Source: Pseudodesulfovibrio mercurii
GTDB taxonomy: Bacteria > Desulfobacterota > Desulfovibrionia > Desulfovibrionales > Desulfovibrionaceae
Direction: 5' to 3'
Assembly (NCBI RefSeq): GCF_000189295.2
Contig: NC_016803.1
Coordinates: forward strand, 3,540,001 to 3,572,000
Length of the DNA stretch: 32,000 nt
The notes beneath the pieces are model-generated. The model did no database searches. It saw nothing but the letters and a program-made list of their open reading frames with translations, and was not told where the DNA came from. Positions within the stretch are counted from its first letter, which is position 1. Each line of letters starts with the position of its first letter. Position numbers and translations under genes: made by a program. Shown here in pieces: positions 26,649 through 32,000 of this stretch.

Positions 26649-26704
26649 ATTTGCCTCCATACAGGATGCGGAAAACAGGATGGCGGCTCATACCGCCTTT
26701 GCCG

Positions 26705-26732
26705 TATATAGCTCTTTTTTTTCTGTTGTAAA
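26705..26732 (-). promoter_or_regulatory. candidate htrA promoter (TTTACA-16 nt-TATATA) in an AT-rich patch
   Basis: Minus-strand reading: -35 at 26732-26727 and -10 at 26710-26705, about 57 nt upstream of the ATG at 26648. Motif match only. Confidence 0.35.
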
Positions 26733-26869
26733 TAGTGTGCCCGCATTTGCACATGCATTTCGCCCGCGCGGGGCTTCTTCCGCGCCCGGCAACCCGCCCC
26801 AGGCCACGAAAGGCTTGCCTTTTCACCCGCCGTCGGCTAGGAACGATTCCCCGGCACCTGCCGGAACGT

Positions 26870-26946
26870 GCCCCCATAGCTCAGGTGGATAGAGCACAAG
26901 ATTCCTAATCTTGGTGCCGCGTGTTCGAATCGCGCTGGGGGCACCA
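26870..26946 (+). tRNA. tRNA-Arg (anticodon CCU), 77 nt, CCA encoded
   Basis: Reads GCCCCCA TA GCTC AGGTGGATA GAGC A CAAGA TTCCTAA TCTTG GTGCC GCGTG TTCGAAT CGCGC TGGGGGC A CCA. It folds as a cloverleaf by hand. Confidence 0.92.
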
Positions 26947-26953
26947 TGTCATC

Positions 26954-26990
26954 AAGAACCCGCTTTCTTTGGAGAGCGGGTTCTTCTTTG
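26954..26990 (+). terminator. intrinsic terminator after tRNA-Arg
   Basis: Reads AAGAACCCGCT-ttctttggag-AGCGGGTTCTT followed by CTTTGG. The 11-bp stem is at 26954-26964 / 26975-26985. Confidence 0.6.
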
Positions 26991-27030
26991 GCGTGTTCGC
27001 GGGAGGTCGGGATCGTGAGCGGTGCGGCGG

Positions 27031-29982
27031 CTATTCGGGGCAGGTGTTGTCGTCGGCCGGGACCGTGGGCAGGGTGAAGGTGAAGACGCTGCCGCGGCCC
27101 AGGGTGGACTGCACGCGGATGGTGCCGCCGTAGTGCTCGACGATCTCCTTGCAGATGGCCAGGCCCAGACCCGTGCCCTGTGCCTCGTTGCGCACGGTGT
27201 CGCCCAGGCGGGACTTGTGGAACTTCTCGAAGATGTAGTTCAGCTCGTCCTCCGGGATGCCCGAGCCCGTGTCGACGACCGACACGGTCAGGCTCTCGGC
27301 ATGCTCCAGCAGGGCCACGGTGACGCGGCCCTGGCGGGTGAACTTGTAGGCGTTGTTCAGCAGGTTGATGAGCACCTGTTTGATCTTGTCCGGGTCGGCC
27401 TTGATGCGCCGGACGGTCTCGGGCAGGACCGTGACCAGCTCCACGGACCGCGAGGCGTTGAAGCCGCCCGAGGCCGAGGCCACGGCCTCGCGGATGACCC
27501 GTGTCGGGTTCAGGGTGTCGTCGTTCCAGCACGCCTTGCCCGACTCGATGCGGTTGATGTCCAGAAAGTCGTTGATCAGCCGGGTCAACCGTTCGCCCTC
27601 GGTGTCGATGATCCCGAGGTTGCCCTGGATGCGCCGCCCCTTGGCCGACAGCTGCTCGCCCCTGGCCAGTGGCAGGAAGTGGCGGGTGAAGTCCTTGGCG
27701 CAGAGCTTGGCGAACCCCCGGATGGAGGTCAGCGGGGTGCGCAGCTCGTGGGAAACCGACGAGACCATGGACGACTTGATCTCGTCCAGGGTCATGAGCC
27801 GCCGGTTGGCCTCCTCGAGTTCTGCCTTGCGGGCCTCGATCTCGGCGGTGCGCTGCTCGACCTTGTCCTCCAGCTCCTCGTTGAGCCGGGTCAGGGCCTC
27901 CTCGATGGTCTTGCGCTCGATGGCCATGGCCACCTGCTCGGACACGGCGGTCAGGAAGGTGGCCGCCTCGTCGGAATACTGCCGGGGGTTGGCGTAGTCC
28001 TGCACGGCCATGGCCCCGACCACGCGCTCGCCCTGCCTGAGGGGCACGCCCAGCCAGGCCGCGGGCGGGGTGCCGATGACCCCGATGGCGGCCAGCCGCT
28101 CCTCGATGCCGGGGTCGGCCTGGGAAAGATACAGGGGCGCGGCGGTCCGGAAGACATGGATGGTCAGGCTGCTCTGGCCCGGGTCGCTGATGTTGGGAAT
28201 GTCGAAATAGTCGTCCATCTCGTCCTGGAAATAGACGAAGCGGAGCATGTCGTTCTTCTCGTCCAGCATGGCGATGAAGAAATTCCGGGCCTCGATGACC
28301 TCGCCGATGATGGCGTGGATGGTCTGGTACAGGTCGCGCAGGTTGCGGGTGGTGTTGACCGCCGTGGAGATGGCGTAGAGCGCGTGGGTGGTGCGCTCGT
28401 TGAGCTTGCGCGCGGTGATGTCCTGCAGGAACCCCTCGAAGTAGGCCACCGCGCCGTCCTGGGCGCGGACCATGCGGGTGTTGCCCGCCAGCCATATGGC
28501 GCCGCCGTCCTTGCGGCGGCAGTGGTATTCGTAATTCTGCAGCTCGCCCTGGGCGTAGATGCCGTCGAGAAAGGCCTGGCGGTCCGCGTCGTTGATCAGG
28601 ATGTCCGTGCCGATGTCCCCGACGTTGCCCACCATGTCCTCGGGGGAGTCGTAGCCGAGCATCCGGGCCAGGGCCGGATTGACGGTCAGGAAACGCCCTT
28701 CCGGGGAGGCCTGGAAAATGCCGCTGCTGGCGTGCTCGATCATCAGCCGGAAGCGCTCCTCGCTCTCGCGCAGGGCGTCCTCGGCCTGCTTGCGCTGGGT
28801 GATGTCCGTGTGCGTGCCGGAGAGGCGGTAGACCTTGCCGTTCTCGTCCAGCGTACTGCCTCCCCGCCCGAGAATCCAGCGGATGGAGCCGTCCTTGTGG
28901 ATCTGGCGGAATTCCACCTGGAACTGCTCGATCTCGCCCTCGATGCAGCGCATGTTGGCGGCCATGGCCCGTTCCCGGTCGTCCGGGTGCAGGCTCTTCA
29001 GCCAGGAGTCCACGCAGTTGGGGAACTCCTCCTCGGTGTAGCCGAGAATCTCGCGGTAGCGGGGGGAGTAGAAGCATTCGTCGCTGGCCAGGTACCAGTC
29101 CCAGAGGCCGTCGTTGGCGCCTCTGGCCATGAGCTGGTAACGCTCCTCGCTCTTGCGCAGGGCGTGCAGGGCCTCGTCGCGCTCGGTCACGTCGATGAGC
29201 GAGCAGACCCGGTCGTCCGTGTCGGGGACGTTGCGGACGAACAGGTGGATGCGCCTACGCACGCCGTCCCGCGTCAGGAAGGTGAATTCGTAGTCGCTGG
29301 GCGGATGGCCGATCTTCCGGGCGCGGTCCTCCTGGAACCGCTCCATGCGCTTTTGTTCGTCCGGGGGCACGAAGTCGGTCCAGCCCAGTTTGCCCTCGAT
29401 CTCCTCGCGTGTGCAGCCGGACATGAGGCAGAACTGCGAGTTGCAGCGCCGGATGGTCGCGTCCTTGCCCAGCAGGACCATGGCCGTGCCCGTGGTCTCG
29501 AACAGGATGCGGTAGTGGGTCTCGCTGGAGCGCAGGGCGTCCTCCACCTGGCGGATCTCGGACACGTCGATGACCACGCCGCGCAGGCCCACGACCTGCC
29601 CGTCCCGCCTGACCGGCTGGGTGTAGGTCTTGATGGGCACCACGGAGCCGTCCTTGCGCATGGCCATGTATTCCTCGTGCTCGAAGTCCTCGCCGTTGAG
29701 GACGCGGGCGAGGTTCAGGCGGGCGCGCCGGATGGAGTCCGGGTGGATGATGGCGGTCAGGGGCAGGTCGGTCCGGAGGTCCTCCTCATCGTACCCGAAG
29801 GTCTCCAGGGCGTGCTTGTTGGCGTAGCGGAAGATTTCGTCCCGGTCGATCTCGAAGATGAACAGGGGGAACTCGTCGGCGATGGGCGGCCAAGCCTGGT
29901 CGCGTACGCTGTCGAACCGTGCGCGGAGGTCGTCGAGCTCCGCGATGAGCTCTGCCTTGGTCTTGCGTTCGTCGCCTTTCAT
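27031..29982 (-). CDS. cytoplasmic multi-sensor histidine kinase: several PAS/PAC repeats, a GAF domain, HisKA and HATPase_c
   Basis: Track ORF 27031..30321, trimmed to ATG 29982 (MKGDERKTKAELIAELDDL...; GGAGAA Shine-Dalgarno). The upstream part overlaps the helicase gene. Repeated PAS-like blocks (e.g. HPDD...W, DITERK/DITQRK/DITARK). H-box SHELRTPLTSIRGF. GTGLGLAICKEIVEHYGG. No TM segments noticed. Confidence 0.9.
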   Translation of the reverse strand: MKGDERKTKAELIAELDDLRARFDSVRDQAWPPIADEFPLFIFEIDRDEIFRYANKHALETFGYDEEDLRTDLPLTAIIHPDSIRRARLNLARVLNGEDFEHEEYMAMRKDGSVVPIKTYTQPVRRDGQVVGLRGVVIDVSEIRQVEDALRSSETHYRILFETTGTAMVLLGKDATIRRCNSQFCLMSGCTREEIEGKLGWTDFVPPDEQKRMERFQEDRARKIGHPPSDYEFTFLTRDGVRRRIHLFVRNVPDTDDRVCSLIDVTERDEALHALRKSEERYQLMARGANDGLWDWYLASDECFYSPRYREILGYTEEEFPNCVDSWLKSLHPDDRERAMAANMRCIEGEIEQFQVEFRQIHKDGSIRWILGRGGSTLDENGKVYRLSGTHTDITQRKQAEDALRESEERFRLMIEHASSGIFQASPEGRFLTVNPALARMLGYDSPEDMVGNVGDIGTDILINDADRQAFLDGIYAQGELQNYEYHCRRKDGGAIWLAGNTRMVRAQDGAVAYFEGFLQDITARKLNERTTHALYAISTAVNTTRNLRDLYQTIHAIIGEVIEARNFFIAMLDEKNDMLRFVYFQDEMDDYFDIPNISDPGQSSLTIHVFRTAAPLYLSQADPGIEERLAAIGVIGTPPAAWLGVPLRQGERVVGAMAVQDYANPRQYSDEAATFLTAVSEQVAMAIERKTIEEALTRLNEELEDKVEQRTAEIEARKAELEEANRRLMTLDEIKSSMVSSVSHELRTPLTSIRGFAKLCAKDFTRHFLPLARGEQLSAKGRRIQGNLGIIDTEGERLTRLINDFLDINRIESGKACWNDDTLNPTRVIREAVASASGGFNASRSVELVTVLPETVRRIKADPDKIKQVLINLLNNAYKFTRQGRVTVALLEHAESLTVSVVDTGSGIPEDELNYIFEKFHKSRLGDTVRNEAQGTGLGLAICKEIVEHYGGTIRVQSTLGRGSVFTFTLPTVPADDNTCPE

Positions 29983-30092
29983 GGGTTCTCCAGTGAGCGT
30001 GACAACCGTAGCGGGGAGCCCGAAAAGAAGCAATGATAAAACGCCGTCCCGCCAAGGATAAACTCCTCGTCCTCGGGCGCGGAGGTGTTCTC

Positions 30093-31748
30093 CTAGCGGC
30101 CCGGCTGGGGTTTGCGGCGCTGGGTGCGCGGGGCCTTGCCCGCGGGCTTCCACCCTTTTTGGGGGAACTTGCGGCCGGGGGGCTTGCGCCGCGACTCGTC
30201 CCTGGTGACCAGGGTTTCTCCCTCGCGGCTGTTGACCCGCTCCATGACCCGGTCGGCCTCGGCGGCCGGGACCGTGAAGGTGGTCCGGTCGTTCTGCACC
30301 CGGACGTGCTGGATGGCCCACTGCTTGACGTTCGCGGCCGAGGCGATGAAGTCCACGAACCGCTTGGGGTTCATGCCGTGGGCGCGGCCCAGGGCGCAGG
30401 TCATGTCGGCCCGGCCCCGTCCGGCCGGTCCCACGGGCTCGATGCGGCGGTAGCCGGACTCGACCAGCTCTTCGCCGAAGGCGCTGCGCAGCAGGGCGGC
30501 GACCACCTCCTCGGCGGGCCTGTCGTGGAGCAGTTCCCCGGCCATGGCCAGATAGGCGCCGTGGCCTTCCGCCTCCAGGATGGCGTTCAGTTCATCCACC
30601 ACCTTGCGCTTCTTGGAGTGGATGACGTCCTCGATGCGCGGCAGGGGCTCCTTGGCGATGTCGATGCCGGTGCTCTTGGCGATGTACATGAGCTTGCGGA
30701 ATTCGTTCGGCGTGATCAGGGTGATGGCCACGCCCTGCTTGCCCGCGCGGCCCGTGCGTCCGGTGCGGTGCACGAAGGTCTGCGGGTCCTGGGGCAGGGC
30801 GAAGTTGACCACGTGGGTCAGGTCCGGCACGTCGATGCCGCGCGCGGCCACGTCCGTGGCCACCAGGATGGTCGCCTTGCGCTCGCGGAAGCCGCTCAGG
30901 ATCTTCTCGCGCTGGGCCTGGTTCAGGTCGCCGTGGATGGGCTCGGCCGGGTAGCCGCGCTGGGTCAGGCGGGCGGCCACCAGGTCGGCGTCGGCGCGGG
31001 TGCGCACGAAGACCAGGCCGTAGAAGTCCGGCCGGGCGTCGATGACCCGGCACAGGGCCTCGAAGCGGTCGGAGTCGGCGATCTCGTGGAAGACCTGGCG
31101 AGTCAGGGGCGCGTCCGAGACCTCGGGCTTGACCCGGACCACGTCGAAGTCGCCCATGAATTCCCTGGCGATGGCCATGACCTCGCCGCCCATGGTGGCC
31201 GAGAACATGAGGGTCCGCCGGTCCGCGTTGGCCGAGGCCAGGATGGCGCGGACGTCGTCCACGAAGCCCATGTTGCACATCTCGTCCGCCTCATCGAGGA
31301 TGAAGTAGGTCAACTGGTCGATGCGCAGGGAGCCGCGCTCCAGGTGGTCCATGATCCGGCCGGGGGTGCCCACGACCACGTCCACGCCCTGGCGCAGGGC
31401 CTTGAGCTGCATGTGGATGGCCTGGCCGCCGTAGACCGGGAGCACGCGGATGCGTTTGCCGCCCTTGAGGGAGTCGATCTCCTCGGCCACCTGGATGGCC
31501 AGCTCGCGGGTGGGGGCCAGGATGAGCGACTGGACGCGGCGCGCCCCCTCCTCGGCCGCTTCGATGACCGGCAGGCCGAAGGCCGCGGTCTTGCCCGTGC
31601 CGGTCTGTGCCTGGCCCACGATGTCGCGGGTGCCGGAGAGCAGTCGGGGAATGGTCAGGGCCTGGATGGGGGTGGGGGCGGTGAACCCCTTGGACGTCAG
31701 GGCGTCCAGGGTGGATCCGGAAAGCCCCAGTTCCTGGAAACTGGTCAT
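30093..31748 (-). CDS. deaD: DEAD-box ATP-dependent RNA helicase (DeaD/CshA type) with a DbpA-like RNA-binding domain and a basic tail
   Basis: Track ORF 30093..31811, trimmed to ATG 31748 (MTSFQELGLSGSTLDALTSKGFTAPTPIQ...). Motifs AQTGTGKT, DEAD (ILDEADEM), SAT and HRTGRTGRAG. Confidence 0.93.
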   Translation of the reverse strand: MTSFQELGLSGSTLDALTSKGFTAPTPIQALTIPRLLSGTRDIVGQAQTGTGKTAAFGLPVIEAAEEGARRVQSLILAPTRELAIQVAEEIDSLKGGKRIRVLPVYGGQAIHMQLKALRQGVDVVVGTPGRIMDHLERGSLRIDQLTYFILDEADEMCNMGFVDDVRAILASANADRRTLMFSATMGGEVMAIAREFMGDFDVVRVKPEVSDAPLTRQVFHEIADSDRFEALCRVIDARPDFYGLVFVRTRADADLVAARLTQRGYPAEPIHGDLNQAQREKILSGFRERKATILVATDVAARGIDVPDLTHVVNFALPQDPQTFVHRTGRTGRAGKQGVAITLITPNEFRKLMYIAKSTGIDIAKEPLPRIEDVIHSKKRKVVDELNAILEAEGHGAYLAMAGELLHDRPAEEVVAALLRSAFGEELVESGYRRIEPVGPAGRGRADMTCALGRAHGMNPKRFVDFIASAANVKQWAIQHVRVQNDRTTFTVPAAEADRVMERVNSREGETLVTRDESRRKPPGRKFPQKGWKPAGKAPRTQRRKPQPGR

Positions 31749-31857
31749 GGTGTGCCTTTGGTAAAACGTGAAAAACGTGGTCTGTCCGGACGGCGCGCCA
31801 CAGGGCGACATCGCGGCCCGCCGGAGGTCTCGAAGGGGGAGAGAGGGAGGGGGGAGT

Positions 31858-31911
31858 CCGGGGGAAGGGGAAGGGAGGAGATTCTCGACTCCTCCATTCC
31901 CCTTCCCCCGG
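31858..31911. repeat. intergenic repeat module C: 23-bp-stem purine-arm/pyrimidine-arm palindrome
   Basis: Reads CCGGGGGAAGGGGAAGGGAGGAG (31858-80), loop attctcga, CTCCTCCATTCCCCTTCCCCCGG (31889-911). One mismatch in the stem. The CCGGGGGAAGGG(G)AAG arm is shared with module B at 18831. Confidence 0.75.
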
Positions 31912-31924
31912 CCGCCGGGGGCGG

Positions 31925-32000
31925 CTACCTGGGACGGAAGGTGATGCGGCCCCGGGTGAGATCGTAGGGGGAGAGTTCCACGGTCACGGTGTCGCCGGGC
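31925..32000 (-). CDS. infA: translation initiation factor IF-1, C-terminal 25 codons only (5' part outside the window)
   Basis: Not in the ORF track. My minus-strand translation gives ...PGDTVTVELSPYDLTRGRITFRPR*, with the TAG stop at 31927-31925. It matches the highly conserved IF-1 C-terminus (GD.V.VELSPYDLTRGRI). Confidence 0.8.
   Translation of the reverse strand, partial: PGDTVTVELSPYDLTRGRITFRPR

Noticed and set aside
24039-26892. 890-aa and 446-aa plus-strand ORFs across ispE and htrA
   Set aside because: They are antisense to two strongly supported genes. Their composition is a Gly/Arg/Asp/Val-rich shadow.
27022-31967. 1004-aa (27022..30036) and 644-aa (30033..31967) plus-strand ORFs, the 746-aa minus-strand ORF 26837..29077, and the 5' extension of the PAS kinase ORF to 30321
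   Set aside because: They are antisense or out-of-frame shadows of the PAS/GAF kinase and the DEAD-box helicase. One overlaps tRNA-Arg. The kinase extension overlaps the helicase 3' end and lacks any domain signal, and ATG 29982 has a Shine-Dalgarno.

Overview
High-GC (about 65%), densely coding chromosomal segment. Gene content and style suggest a Desulfovibrio-like deltaproteobacterium, but that is inference only. I support 24 protein genes, two of them partial at the window edges, and 2 tRNAs. Most lie on the minus strand. Left part: hyuA-like hydantoinase/oxoprolinase (partial), a small unknown protein, an MBL-fold hydrolase, a large MscS-type channel, a paralog of the small protein, a fused ADP-forming acetyl-CoA synthetase, a 4-OT tautomerase and a Cache-type histidine kinase. 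Middle: arginase-family ureohydrolase, hslU, hslV, macro-domain deacetylase, a REC-histidine kinase hybrid, ClC channel with CBS domains, ribF and an M48/TPR protease. Right part: rho, carD, pth, rplY(ctc), prs, tRNA-Gln, ispE, htrA/degP, tRNA-Arg(CCU), a multi-PAS/GAF histidine kinase, a DEAD-box helicase and the infA 3' end. This is core housekeeping DNA. I see no transposase, integrase, phage, CRISPR or recognisable defence genes, and I cannot honestly point to a new multi-gene system. The features not explained by gene calls are non-coding. (1) A family of purine/pyrimidine-armed palindromic intergenic repeats sharing an AAACTTTT word; it includes a composite insertion that separates hslV from hslU by 254 bp. 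(2) Two tandem units of about 100-130 bp with terminal inverted repeats, lying directly against the 5' end of tRNA-Gln. (3) A long C-rich rho leader. (4) A pair of diverged paralogous 123-124 aa proteins, each immediately upstream of an ATP-utilising enzyme gene. (5) Some unusual signal placements: a terminator abutting the ispE start and a possible leaderless M48 protease mRNA. Many long ORFs in the supplied track are antisense or shadow ORFs typical of high-GC DNA and were rejected.
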